Source: Candidatus Omnitrophota bacterium (lineage in GTDB: Bacteria; Omnitrophota; Gorgyraeia; Gygaellales; Profunditerraquicolaceae). Taken from it: a stretch of 64,000 bases of DNA. The DNA is taken from assembly GCA_022710715.1 (NCBI GenBank), contig JAKLGJ010000002.1, positions 501,453-565,452 of the forward strand, read 5' to 3'. Position numbers and translations under genes: made by a program. Of this stretch, positions 27,026 to 36,531 are shown piece by piece. Below the pieces are notes generated by a model. It searched no databases, had not been told where the DNA came from, and saw only the letters and a list, made by a program, of their open reading frames with translations. How positions within the stretch are numbered: position 1 is the stretch's first letter; each line of letters opens with the position of its first letter.

Positions 27026-30000
27026 ATGAAGATGATGCGCAGAGTTATGGCAGTGGTGGTGGGATTTTGTTTACTCCTGGAGCAGACCGGATTCGCTCAA
27101 GTCGCTCCGCAATTCAATGTCCCGGCATACCTCAACGGTTATGTGGCTGCGGATAAATTCCGTCCGGTTCAATTGCGTTCGATCTCTCTGGGCCAGGATG
27201 CCCAGGATCTGAACCTCTATCTCGACGCCGGAGACGCCAGGAATATCTCTTCCCGTCAGGCCAAGGAATCCGCGCGCCAGCTTCTGGAATATTTCCGCGT
27301 CGGCCTCGCTTTGCCCAACCAGTCTTTCTGGGTGAATCTGCGCCCGGATGCGCAAGACAAGATCCTGGACATGTCGCTGGAAAGAACCGACATGGGAAAA
27401 ATTCTGCTGGAAGCCGATCTGCAACTTAAGAAAGATCTGGCTGCCTTCACTTCTCCGGATACCCGCGAGGGCAAGCAGTACTGGAACCGGCTTTACGCCA
27501 GAGCCGAGCAGATCTTCGGACCGGACAATATCACCATTCCTACGATTACCCGGCCCTGGATCGTTCCGGGCGAGATCATCCTGCGCCAGAGCCAGGAGAG
27601 CGCCTACATTTATAAGGCTACCCTGAAAGTGATGCTCGAGCAGGATTGGTTCGCGCAGCCGGATGCCGCGCTGGGCATCAGCGCCGCAGTCATGGCTGAC
27701 AAGCGGGTTCAGGAACTTAACGCTTATTCATCCGAATTGATCCGCACGCATATCCTTCCTAAATTAACCGCGGAAGTCAACTCTTCGCGCAAGTACGCCG
27801 CTTTGCGCCAGGTCTATTATTCGCTCATTCTGGCGCAATGGTACAAGCGGCAATTTCAGGGCAAAGACAACGCCTATGCGAGGCGCATCGACAGCCGCGA
27901 TCTGTCCGGCCTGGAATCGCGACACGCGTGGTCAAAAACCACCGCTTTTAATGCTTACAAGAAATCATTTTCCGAGGGTGAATATAAGAAAGAGGAAATG
28001 GTACGCAGCGGCAAAAATGTGATCGTGCACCGGTATTTCAGCGGCGGCGTGAGCGTGGTGAACACCATGGCCGCGCAGAACAGCGTGAGTAACCAGGTAT
28101 TCACCAGCAACAACGCGGCATTGACCGAACCGTTGATCGCTTATTCCGCCCAGACCGACGAGGTCACTCCCGCGCAGCAGAGCGAGGTCGCGGTCAAGGA
28201 TACTGAAACCCAGGAAGAACCGGCGGGCCGCCTGGAAAAAGGCTGGGTCATTGCCAACCATATCCTGGTTTCTTTCCACGTGGCGTTCATCGTTTCTCTG
28301 TTGAGCCTGCCTGTAGCCGAGATGTTCAGCAAATGGGATGTCCTGCAATACGTGTTTGCCAGCGCGGAAACTCCTTTGAGCGCGTTGTTGTGGTATATCG
28401 GCTGGCACAGCGGCATCGCCCTGCACGAAATGGGCCATTACCTCAAGGCGGTGAAGACGTCCGCTTTGAGAGCCGAACTGCTCCCGGCAGCAGAGGCAAA
28501 GATGCGCCAGGGTTTTCTGGGTAGAATGAAGTGGTACGCAGAGATGTTCGTGAAAATTCCCTGGGGTAAATTCGAAGGGGTGAAGAAAGTAGGCAGAGGC
28601 ATTGCCGCTAATTATTATCCGGATGCGCCATTCAACGCAGCAGTTGCCGCAGAAGGACCCCGTTTCAGCGGGAAAGTAGCCAAGCTTACCCTGCCTGCAG
28701 GCATAGGGTTACTGGCGGCTGGTCTCTTTGCCCAGACTGTGCCGGCTTTTGCCGGTATAGGCGATGCTCTGGTTTTCCTGGGCAGAATGTTTTTCGGTAT
28801 CGGCGCGATCTCTTTTCTCGATTACAAAATGGCTGATCCCGGTAAGCTTGCCGAGTTTGACGAGCGCGAGCGCAAAGCCGCGGAAAAAGCCAAGGCTGTT
28901 ACCGCAGAAACAGTGCAGGCCGAGCAAATCTCCTGGAAGGATCAGATGGGCGACGTTAAGAAGAAAATGCTCCGGCAGCGCATTCAGGAAGCGGAAACCC
29001 GCTGGGGCGTATCTATTCGCGCTCCCTGGGGTTGGCGCAACTCCGGTATGGGCGGACGCCATACCGAGAAAGAATACCCGCAGAGCAACATTTCCATGCA
29101 GGAAGCCATGTTCATTCCTTTAAGCGCTAAAACCTACGAAGACGCGCAGCGCATGGTCGTAGAGCTGCAAACCCGGTTGCATCAAATCATCAATAAAGTC
29201 GAAGGCGCCCGCGTTGAAGGTATCGGTCTGGAAGGCGGTCTGGCTACGTATATTGAAAAGGATCCCAGCGATCTGGTTCCTGAACAGCGCTTATGGCGCT
29301 TGATGGTGCAGGCAATCAAAGAGTCGGGTTTTAAACCCGGCGAGGATGTGGTTCTGGCATTCGACCCGGCGGCAAGCGAGTTGGAAATCGCCTATCGCGA
29401 AAAGTACGAACAGCCTGATGCGGTAGGTATGTATCTGTTCTGGCGCGACGCCAACCAGGTAGTGATGAGCCGCGATCAGTTGATGGATCTGTATGATTGG
29501 GCGATCGAGAACAATATTCCTTTGATCTCCGGCGAGGATTTATTCGCGGAGGACGATTATGAAGGATGGAAGCTGGCCATGGCCAAGTATGGCGATGTGA
29601 TGTTCATCATCGGAGACGATGTGGCTACTACTAATGCCCACACCGTAGAATTCCTCGCGGACGAAAAGCTGATAAATACCCTGTTGGTCAAAGCCAATCA
29701 GATCGGCTCATTAGCCGAGACATTGCTGGCTATGTTGACCGGCCTGGGCAAGGGGTTGGAAATGGTGGTTTCCCACCGTTCCAAGTCTCCCAATGACGAT
29801 ATGGAAGCGCAGGTAGCATTGTCGGTTAACGCCGTAGGGTTAAAAGCCGGCGGCGGCGCCAATACCGAGAGATTGGTCAAGTACGGCGCTATTATCAAGA
29901 TGATGAAAGAAGCCATCCTGGATGCGGCCATGAAAGACAGCAGGGGAGTGACCAACAAGGAGCTGGAGCAGCAGGTGACCGCGGTTATTGATCAGCTGCA

Positions 30001-31270
30001 GATCACCAGGATCGTCGCGTACGAGGAATCGACCAATGCGGGTATCCCGACCGCAGGTGCGACGGTGAGCTTCGGCATTCCCGGGAGCTTGAGGTACGAG
30101 AGTCTTTTCAAGATGTCGGGTTCCACTCCGCTGGGCACCAGCGCCGGCACCGGAGAAGCGATCCATCTGATCGATTCTAACTTTGCCCCGAATGAACTGA
30201 CCGCGCAGTATCCCGACCTGTTCGACAAAAGCGCCACCGGAACGTATTCGTTCAAAAAGTCGGTTGACGATAATCAGATTATCGCCAAAGACGATGCCGT
30301 CCTTACGGAGTTTTATAAGAGGGCGAACCGTTACAGCGGCAAAGGCGTATTGAACGCGGTTTCCAACGTGGAAAAGATACTGGCGGAGAAGTTTGTCGGC
30401 AAAAAGTTATCGGAGTTGGGCGGCATTGAGAATATAGATAAGGTTTTGCTGGAAGCGGAATTCGAATTAGGCGTGGCGCGCGGTTTGATCAGTCGCGATG
30501 CGCCGATGGATGAAAAGATCAAGTTCATGCAGCGCAAAGGTAATATCGGCATGAATGCGCTTCTTTCCACATCCCTGGCCTTGGGCCGCATGGTTACGGC
30601 AATGCAGGGTAAGGAATTGTGGCAGACTTTGCGCGAGACGATGGCGACGACCATCGCCCGCACTATCGCCGAAAGCGAAGGCGTCAGCGCGCAGGAGCTG
30701 GAGCAGAACTATACCTTCGAACAGCTGGTCGAAAAGTTGCAGAAGTTCGAACAGGCGCGCAAGGAGCGCAAAGACGAACGTCCGTTGTATGCGTATCTGG
30801 AAGCGGCGTTGCCGGTATACGGCGAGGCTGACGGCGGGTCGCAGGTGCAGGACGGCGGATTGAAGACCGATGCGCAGGAAGTCGTCGAGCAGCAGACCGT
30901 GGCGGTTGAGCAGCAGGCTGCTGCGGCGAATCAGGCTCCGGAAGAGCTCGGCGGCGTGGATCTGCGCGCTTTGCCGGTGTCGGTCAAGCCGGTCGATGCA
31001 TCGCGGGTCGTTCCGGTTAATTCCGCGCTGCTGAAAATGTCCCTCCAGGACCTGGATAAGACCTGGACGGATTTGCGCGGCAAAGTGGAAGGGCAAGCGG
31101 TCCCGTACCAGCAGCTCAAAGAATACGTGGCTGCCTGCAAGTCCCGCGCTGATGCCGCAAAGCAGCTGGCGCAGGTGCGCCGTTACATCGGCGAACTGCT
31201 CAAGCTCGAGGAAGAGAGGGCTATCGCATCCTCTTCCGAGATGCATGAGATTGTCGGTATTATCGGCTAA
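27026..31270 (+). CDS. giant secreted/membrane protein A: signal peptide + conserved N-domain + 4-TM region with HEMGH motif + circularly permuted enolase-like domain + Q/E/A-rich tail
   Basis: AAAGGAGAGG RBS; 1414 aa; enolase barrel motifs (AFDPAASE, IGDDVATTN, LLVKANQIGSL, VVSHRS, LVKYG) precede enolase N-domain motifs (ITRIVAYEESTNAGIPT.., PLGTSAGTGEAIHL, RYSGKGVLNAV). Confidence 0.85.
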   Translation: MKMMRRVMAVVVGFCLLLEQTGFAQVAPQFNVPAYLNGYVAADKFRPVQLRSISLGQDAQDLNLYLDAGDARNISSRQAKESARQLLEYFRVGLALPNQSFWVNLRPDAQDKILDMSLERTDMGKILLEADLQLKKDLAAFTSPDTREGKQYWNRLYARAEQIFGPDNITIPTITRPWIVPGEIILRQSQESAYIYKATLKVMLEQDWFAQPDAALGISAAVMADKRVQELNAYSSELIRTHILPKLTAEVNSSRKYAALRQVYYSLILAQWYKRQFQGKDNAYARRIDSRDLSGLESRHAWSKTTAFNAYKKSFSEGEYKKEEMVRSGKNVIVHRYFSGGVSVVNTMAAQNSVSNQVFTSNNAALTEPLIAYSAQTDEVTPAQQSEVAVKDTETQEEPAGRLEKGWVIANHILVSFHVAFIVSLLSLPVAEMFSKWDVLQYVFASAETPLSALLWYIGWHSGIALHEMGHYLKAVKTSALRAELLPAAEAKMRQGFLGRMKWYAEMFVKIPWGKFEGVKKVGRGIAANYYPDAPFNAAVAAEGPRFSGKVAKLTLPAGIGLLAAGLFAQTVPAFAGIGDALVFLGRMFFGIGAISFLDYKMADPGKLAEFDERERKAAEKAKAVTAETVQAEQISWKDQMGDVKKKMLRQRIQEAETRWGVSIRAPWGWRNSGMGGRHTEKEYPQSNISMQEAMFIPLSAKTYEDAQRMVVELQTRLHQIINKVEGARVEGIGLEGGLATYIEKDPSDLVPEQRLWRLMVQAIKESGFKPGEDVVLAFDPAASELEIAYREKYEQPDAVGMYLFWRDANQVVMSRDQLMDLYDWAIENNIPLISGEDLFAEDDYEGWKLAMAKYGDVMFIIGDDVATTNAHTVEFLADEKLINTLLVKANQIGSLAETLLAMLTGLGKGLEMVVSHRSKSPNDDMEAQVALSVNAVGLKAGGGANTERLVKYGAIIKMMKEAILDAAMKDSRGVTNKELEQQVTAVIDQLQITRIVAYEESTNAGIPTAGATVSFGIPGSLRYESLFKMSGSTPLGTSAGTGEAIHLIDSNFAPNELTAQYPDLFDKSATGTYSFKKSVDDNQIIAKDDAVLTEFYKRANRYSGKGVLNAVSNVEKILAEKFVGKKLSELGGIENIDKVLLEAEFELGVARGLISRDAPMDEKIKFMQRKGNIGMNALLSTSLALGRMVTAMQGKELWQTLRETMATTIARTIAESEGVSAQELEQNYTFEQLVEKLQKFEQARKERKDERPLYAYLEAALPVYGEADGGSQVQDGGLKTDAQEVVEQQTVAVEQQAAAANQAPEELGGVDLRALPVSVKPVDASRVVPVNSALLKMSLQDLDKTWTDLRGKVEGQAVPYQQLKEYVAACKSRADAAKQLAQVRRYIGELLKLEEERAIASSSEMHEIVGIIG

Positions 31271-31368
31271 ACGGCCGGTAGATCAATGATGTTCAAGGAA
31301 GCCACGGTTCTGGATTGAGCGATCAGTCGAGCACCGTGGCTTTCTGCTCTGTGGAGAGGCGTGTGATC

Positions 31369-34300
31369 ATGCATAGAGGCATCGGATCCATCCGAAAAAC
31401 AGTCTCCATTCTAACCAGCCTGGTTCTGCTGCTGCAGACGGCAGGCTTCGCTCAAGTTTTTTCTCCGTCCGCGGTCAATGCGGATGTTCCCGCATCACGC
31501 CTGTCCGGCTGCTGCCGGCCCATGCATCTGCGCTGGCTGGCAGTGGATCCGGATAACCGGTCATTCAACGTCATTCTGGACACCGGAGACGCAACCGGTA
31601 TTTCCCCCCGACGCCTGCGCGAAGAATCTCAAAAACTCATCGAATATTTCCTCATCGGTCTGGTCCTGCCCAACAGCTCGTTCTGGGTAAATCTACGCCC
31701 CGACGCGCCTTTGCGCGTTATTGATCCTTTGCTGGAGCGCACCGACGTCGGCAGGATACTGCTGGAAGCCGATGTGCGTTTGAAAAAAGATCTGGCCGCA
31801 TATACGTCTCCCGCCACCGCGCAAGGGCGGCGTTACTGGGATGCGTTGTATAAACGGGCTGCAGAGCTGTTTGGTCCGGCGCAGATAACCGTTTCCACCG
31901 CTTCCCGTCCCTGGATCGTGCCCGGCGAGATCATCATCGGCGAAGGCGAACAGGGAGCGTATGTGTATAAGGCGACTCTGGACGTGCGCTTGGAAGACGA
32001 TTGGATCGGCCGTTCGGATCCTGTGTTGAAACAGCTCAACGCGTACGGCGCGCAATTGCTCAAGCGGGAAATCCTGCCCGGGCTGATCAAAGAAGTGAAT
32101 ACCTCGGAGAAATACGCTGCTCTGCGCCAGGTGTACTATTCGCTGATCCTGGCGCAATGGTTCAAACTGCATCCGGCTCAGGCCGGCGCTTCCCTGTCCG
32201 CGATCGTCGACGCAGCAGATCCCGTCGGACTGGCTTCGAGCATTCCCTGGTCCAAGAATACATTTACTGCCGAATATCGCCGGTCCCTGCAGGCGGGCGA
32301 ATACAACCAGAAAGAATACGTGCCGACTTCCGCGGGCTTGAGTCTGCGTCAGTACGCCAGCGGAGGCGCGCTTTTCAACGGCAGCAGCCGGGTTCTTTCG
32401 GTGTCGCCGGGATTGGGCCGGGCAGTTCTGCATGCGCCGGCGCCGTACCGGCAGGCGCTCGAAGTTCCTTTTCCGCAGGCGGTGCGCGTTGTGCTTTCCC
32501 GTCGGTCAAACGTTGACACGCATGCGGATGAGCCGGATGGCGGTACCCAGGCGCAGGAAGAGATACGCATTATGGCATTGTACGGCGGTTTGCAGCGGTT
32601 GACGAATTTTGTGCTGAAAGAATCCCGCCCGTCGGCAGCGCGATTGCTGCCGGATATCGCCAGGTCGGGGCACGCGCAGATGGTCGCCGCGGTAGTGCCC
32701 GAACTGATGCGCGCCGCGGCTTCCAGTAACCGGCCCGATATCCGGGCGGCTGCCAATGAATGCCTTGCCGCGGTCCGGTCCCCGGCTCAGACGGCTGCAC
32801 TCGAGCCGGTTGCGCCGGAGTCGTCTCTGCAGCCGGCTGCCGTTTCCGCGGTAGACCGGGAAAACCTCGCCGGTTTTCTCCACGCGATGGGCGGCCGGGA
32901 TATCAACGCAGCCATTGCCGCATGTGCGGCCATGCGCGCATTGTTCAAAGAGAAGCCGGGTTTGTGGGCAGACCGGCAGGTCGTTGAAGCTGTCGGGCCT
33001 GTTCTGAAAAGCAGTTTTCCGAGAGCGCGATTGGCGCTGATGGAAGCCGTTGAACAAAGTATCAGCGCTCCGGTCAGCGATGAGCTTCTTTTCCTGGTTT
33101 TAAAAGGAATGAATGATCGCGACGACCAGGTGAGCGAAAGAGCGCTTTTCGCGTTCGCGCGCATACTCGCCGCGGAGCCGCGCCCGGGTCATACCGGTGA
33201 GGCGCTTGCCCGGATCATGGATGAGCCGGAATCTTTCGCTATTGCCGGGTTGGTATTCGACCTTATCGCCAGAAAGGGCGCCGGCGAGCTTGAACCGCTC
33301 TGGCAGTTGCACGCCGGAAACCGGGCGCACTTGCGCCGGGCGCTGGAGCAGAATCTCGCCGATGCCGCTTTTCCGGGATTGTATACGCTAAACGACGTTT
33401 CCTGGCGCGGGCTGGCCGAACAACTGATTGAATACAACCGTCTTACCGCCGATGCGGACGCGCCGCTGCGTTCGGTGATCGTCAAGATGCTCCTGGCCCG
33501 CGAAGGCGCGGTGTCTTTCGGCCGGATGAAATGGCTGGTGGCTGAATCGCTTTCGTATTTCCACGTCAATCTCGCGCATGCGCTGGAAAAAACGCGTTCG
33601 GTCGCCCTGCGCCGGCAGCTGATCAAGGCTTCCGGCGTGAGTACCGCGGACAGCATCGAAGTGTTGCGCACCCGGGCCATCCGGTTCGCGGCCATCGCGG
33701 ACAACGATACGAGTTTCGATTCTTCCAGAGGCGTGGCCGGACGTATTCGCAGCGATATCCATCTGCGTCTTTCTCCCCAGGACTTGCGCGCGGTCAGAGC
33801 CTACCGCACATTCCTCGACGGAGACGCTTCCGAACTGACCGCTCTGGGGTATACGATCAGTGAATCCGACCGCGTCCCGCCGGAACGCAAGGCGCGGGTG
33901 GCCGCGGCCGCCGAAGATCTGCTGGACGCGCTGGAGGAGATATTCGGCGAAGAGAGCGGGAAAGGGGTGAGGGCGTATTTCGCTCTGGCGAAAAAGATGT
34001 TCCGGGACCATCCGGTTCTCGCGAATGAGATCCAGGAAATTCTTGATTTTTCCGGAAAGAAAGATCTGGCGTATCTGGAGCGGATCAATGCGGCCAGGAG
34101 CCTTCTGGCGGAGGTCGGCCGAACCATGCGCTCGACGGAACTGATGATGAGTATCGGGCTGGATAACGCGCTGGAGAACCTGTATTACGGGGGCGTTGCC
34201 GCTTTCGAACCGTCGGTGGATTACGCCGATGATCTGCAGACGCTGAAGGTTGTGCGCAGCCTGATGGAAGCGGTGCGGTTGAACGGTTACTGTCGGGAAG

Positions 34301-36342
34301 AGATCGCGATGATTGTTTTGCAGGTCGAAGCGGTGCTGGCGAGAGGGATACGCAATCAGGAAGACCGGCTGGAGATCTATGCGCTGTACCGCCGGCTGGA
34401 GCGGATGATCAAAGGTATTTCCCAGGAGACGATCAACGATTATCAGGAGATCGCGCAGCGCCTGGGCGCTGCCGCGGGCAAAGCCGATGCTCCCTGGGTC
34501 GGCGAATTCTCCGCTCAACTGATGCGCCGGGACGTGGTGTACTGGCTGGCCAGCGTGACGGAGAAAGCGATGCAGTCGGCCATGTCTTCCGCGGGGATCA
34601 GCGGCTGGCAGGTGATCCAGGAAGGCGTCGCGCGGGGAAGGATCAAAGTGATCGTCGATAATGAGGATTTCGCCGGCCTCAAGGATGATGAAATAGCGGT
34701 CGCCGCGCAGCTTCCCGACGACAGCCGGTTTCTTATTCATGCCAGAGGGATCATTACCACCGGGGTGGAATGTTTGCTGTCTCATCCCGCAGTCCGGGCG
34801 CGGCAGCAGAAAACGGTTTTCGTCTCCGCTCCATCTCTGGATGAGGCAAAAAAATACGCCGGGCAATGGGTAGAGCTGTCAGCGCAGGGAGAGCAGGTGA
34901 TCATCCGGCCTCAAGCTGAAGCCGAGGCGCAGCGGGAAGCTTCGATCGTGCCGAAGAAAAAGCCGGCCGGGGCGATTGCACCGGTGGAGCCTGACCGCGC
35001 CTGGAGTGCGGCAGTGGTTCTCCCGTCGGATTATACGCCGCAGCGGGTAGGTAATAAAGCGTATACCTTGAGCCGGATACCGGATAATCTTATCGCCGGG
35101 CAGAGAACGGCCCGTCATTTCAGTTTGAGCTTCGCTTTTTTCGATGCGGTGTTGGCGCTTGAGATTAATCGCGCCCGCAAACAGGAGTTGCAGGTTTTGC
35201 AGCAACGGGTGATCCAGGCAGCCCGGGATCAGGATGTGCGTGAGGATTTACGGCGTATGCGGGCTTTGGTGGAAGAGCTCGAGCTGCCGCAGCAAACGCT
35301 GGGAGAAATCGTCGCCACCGCGACGGAGTTGTTTGGCCGGGAAACGCCGCTTTTCCTGCGCTCCAGCACCAATGCCGAAGACCTGGCGGATTATTCGGGC
35401 GCAGGGGTGTATGATTCTTTCGGCGCGGTAACGCTTTCTCCGCCGGACATCGCCCGCCATGTCAAAAAGGTATGGGCTTCAGTCTGGAATGAGAAAGCGT
35501 TTTTCGACCGCCAGGCGAATGCTATCGATCACGCCGCGGTGCGGCCGGCAGTCTTGATCCAGGAGATGCTGAATCCGGAGTATTCCTTTGTCATCCATAC
35601 CCGGTCGCCGGTCAACGGCAATGACGGGGCGGTGCTCATCGAAGCGGTGCAGGGATTCGGGGAAACGCTGGTCAGCGGCCTGGACGCTTACGCCGGGCAG
35701 GCGTATCGTTTCAGCGTGGATAAGTCTACCGGCGAGCTCAAGTTGATCTCGTTCGCGAATAAGAGCCGCAAGATCGTTGTGCGCGCCGGCCGTTTCAACG
35801 ATGCCGCCGCGGATTATCACGATGACTGGCTGGTGACGCCTGAAGGACGGCAACTTCTGCAGCGCATAGGCATGGCCGCGATCAAACTCGCGGACGCCGC
35901 AGGCGCCGCCCAGGATATCGAGGGCGTGATCGTCAATGACCGGGACGGGCGCACAGTCGGATTCGTCCAGACGCGCGCGCAGGTTATGCTGAATGCGGAC
36001 GGCGGCAATCTTCTGGGCGGAGTGGATCTGCGCCTGTTATCCGCCGACAATGCCGCCGCGGCCGGCGCGCAGATCCCGCGGGCGCGCGGGATATTCCTGG
36101 AGCGGTCCGCCGCCGAATGCGACGGGATCTGTCGCGCTCTGCTTGCCGGATTGGAACGTGACCCGTCGTCGCTGGAAGGATTGCGGGAATACGTGGTGGA
36201 GATGGGCGTCCGGGCGGACGCAGAGCAGCGGTTGAAAGACGTGTCCATCTGGTTGATGAACCGGCTGCGCATGGAAGAGGCGGCTGTGATGAAAACTCCC
36301 GCGCCGCTGCGGGAAGCGCTTGTCTGCCTCGGCGCGAGGTAA
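31369..36342 (+). CDS. giant secreted protein B (paralog of A): signal peptide + conserved N-domain + HEAT/ARM-like helical repeats + C-terminal PEP-utilizing-enzyme ATP-grasp (PPDK_N-like) domain
   Basis: GGAGAGG RBS then ATG 31369 (ORF opens 31315); N-domain clearly homologous to A (e.g. SFWVNLRPDA, RPWIVPGEII, KYAALRQVYYSLILAQW identical); C-terminus has LRSSTNAEDLADYSGAG and VLIQEMLNPEYSFVIHTRSPVNGNDGAVLIEAVQGFGETLVSG. Confidence 0.85.
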   Translation: MHRGIGSIRKTVSILTSLVLLLQTAGFAQVFSPSAVNADVPASRLSGCCRPMHLRWLAVDPDNRSFNVILDTGDATGISPRRLREESQKLIEYFLIGLVLPNSSFWVNLRPDAPLRVIDPLLERTDVGRILLEADVRLKKDLAAYTSPATAQGRRYWDALYKRAAELFGPAQITVSTASRPWIVPGEIIIGEGEQGAYVYKATLDVRLEDDWIGRSDPVLKQLNAYGAQLLKREILPGLIKEVNTSEKYAALRQVYYSLILAQWFKLHPAQAGASLSAIVDAADPVGLASSIPWSKNTFTAEYRRSLQAGEYNQKEYVPTSAGLSLRQYASGGALFNGSSRVLSVSPGLGRAVLHAPAPYRQALEVPFPQAVRVVLSRRSNVDTHADEPDGGTQAQEEIRIMALYGGLQRLTNFVLKESRPSAARLLPDIARSGHAQMVAAVVPELMRAAASSNRPDIRAAANECLAAVRSPAQTAALEPVAPESSLQPAAVSAVDRENLAGFLHAMGGRDINAAIAACAAMRALFKEKPGLWADRQVVEAVGPVLKSSFPRARLALMEAVEQSISAPVSDELLFLVLKGMNDRDDQVSERALFAFARILAAEPRPGHTGEALARIMDEPESFAIAGLVFDLIARKGAGELEPLWQLHAGNRAHLRRALEQNLADAAFPGLYTLNDVSWRGLAEQLIEYNRLTADADAPLRSVIVKMLLAREGAVSFGRMKWLVAESLSYFHVNLAHALEKTRSVALRRQLIKASGVSTADSIEVLRTRAIRFAAIADNDTSFDSSRGVAGRIRSDIHLRLSPQDLRAVRAYRTFLDGDASELTALGYTISESDRVPPERKARVAAAAEDLLDALEEIFGEESGKGVRAYFALAKKMFRDHPVLANEIQEILDFSGKKDLAYLERINAARSLLAEVGRTMRSTELMMSIGLDNALENLYYGGVAAFEPSVDYADDLQTLKVVRSLMEAVRLNGYCREEIAMIVLQVEAVLARGIRNQEDRLEIYALYRRLERMIKGISQETINDYQEIAQRLGAAAGKADAPWVGEFSAQLMRRDVVYWLASVTEKAMQSAMSSAGISGWQVIQEGVARGRIKVIVDNEDFAGLKDDEIAVAAQLPDDSRFLIHARGIITTGVECLLSHPAVRARQQKTVFVSAPSLDEAKKYAGQWVELSAQGEQVIIRPQAEAEAQREASIVPKKKPAGAIAPVEPDRAWSAAVVLPSDYTPQRVGNKAYTLSRIPDNLIAGQRTARHFSLSFAFFDAVLALEINRARKQELQVLQQRVIQAARDQDVREDLRRMRALVEELELPQQTLGEIVATATELFGRETPLFLRSSTNAEDLADYSGAGVYDSFGAVTLSPPDIARHVKKVWASVWNEKAFFDRQANAIDHAAVRPAVLIQEMLNPEYSFVIHTRSPVNGNDGAVLIEAVQGFGETLVSGLDAYAGQAYRFSVDKSTGELKLISFANKSRKIVVRAGRFNDAAADYHDDWLVTPEGRQLLQRIGMAAIKLADAAGAAQDIEGVIVNDRDGRTVGFVQTRAQVMLNADGGNLLGGVDLRLLSADNAAAAGAQIPRARGIFLERSAAECDGICRALLAGLERDPSSLEGLREYVVEMGVRADAEQRLKDVSIWLMNRLRMEEAAVMKTPAPLREALVCLGAR

Positions 36343-36358
36343 TCACCCGGCGTATGTC

Positions 36359-36386
36359 TTGCATAATCGCGGATTTGTGCTATACT
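36359..36386 (+). promoter_or_regulatory. promoter TTGCAT-16-TATACT upstream of hydrogenase maturation operon
   Basis: ttgcat 36359-36364; tatact 36381-36386. Confidence 0.45.
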
Positions 36387-36440
36387 AATATATACCTGCG
36401 GTAAGGAGCTTATCTGAAGCCAAGGGCGCGTAGTATGATG

Positions 36441-36467
36441 ACCTATCCTTATCGGGTAGGTTTTTTT
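36441..36467 (+). promoter_or_regulatory. terminator-like hairpin + T7 in leader, followed by two further hairpins (36487-36512, 36505-36525)
   Basis: acctatcc-ttatc-gggtaggt then ttttttt; cttgcgca..tgcgcaag and ttgccc..gggcaa stems. Confidence 0.4.
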
Positions 36468-36531
36468 GTTATTGGCACCTTGCGCAGATCGGAATTGCGC
36501 AAGTGTTGCCCCTGTGGGCAAGGAGGGCGGA

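Noticed and set aside
29000-30640. The enolase-like domain as the housekeeping glycolytic enolase gene
   Set aside because: It is embedded in a 1414-aa exported/membrane protein, is domain-permuted and has an altered SHRSGETED loop. The canonical eno gene is presumably elsewhere in the genome
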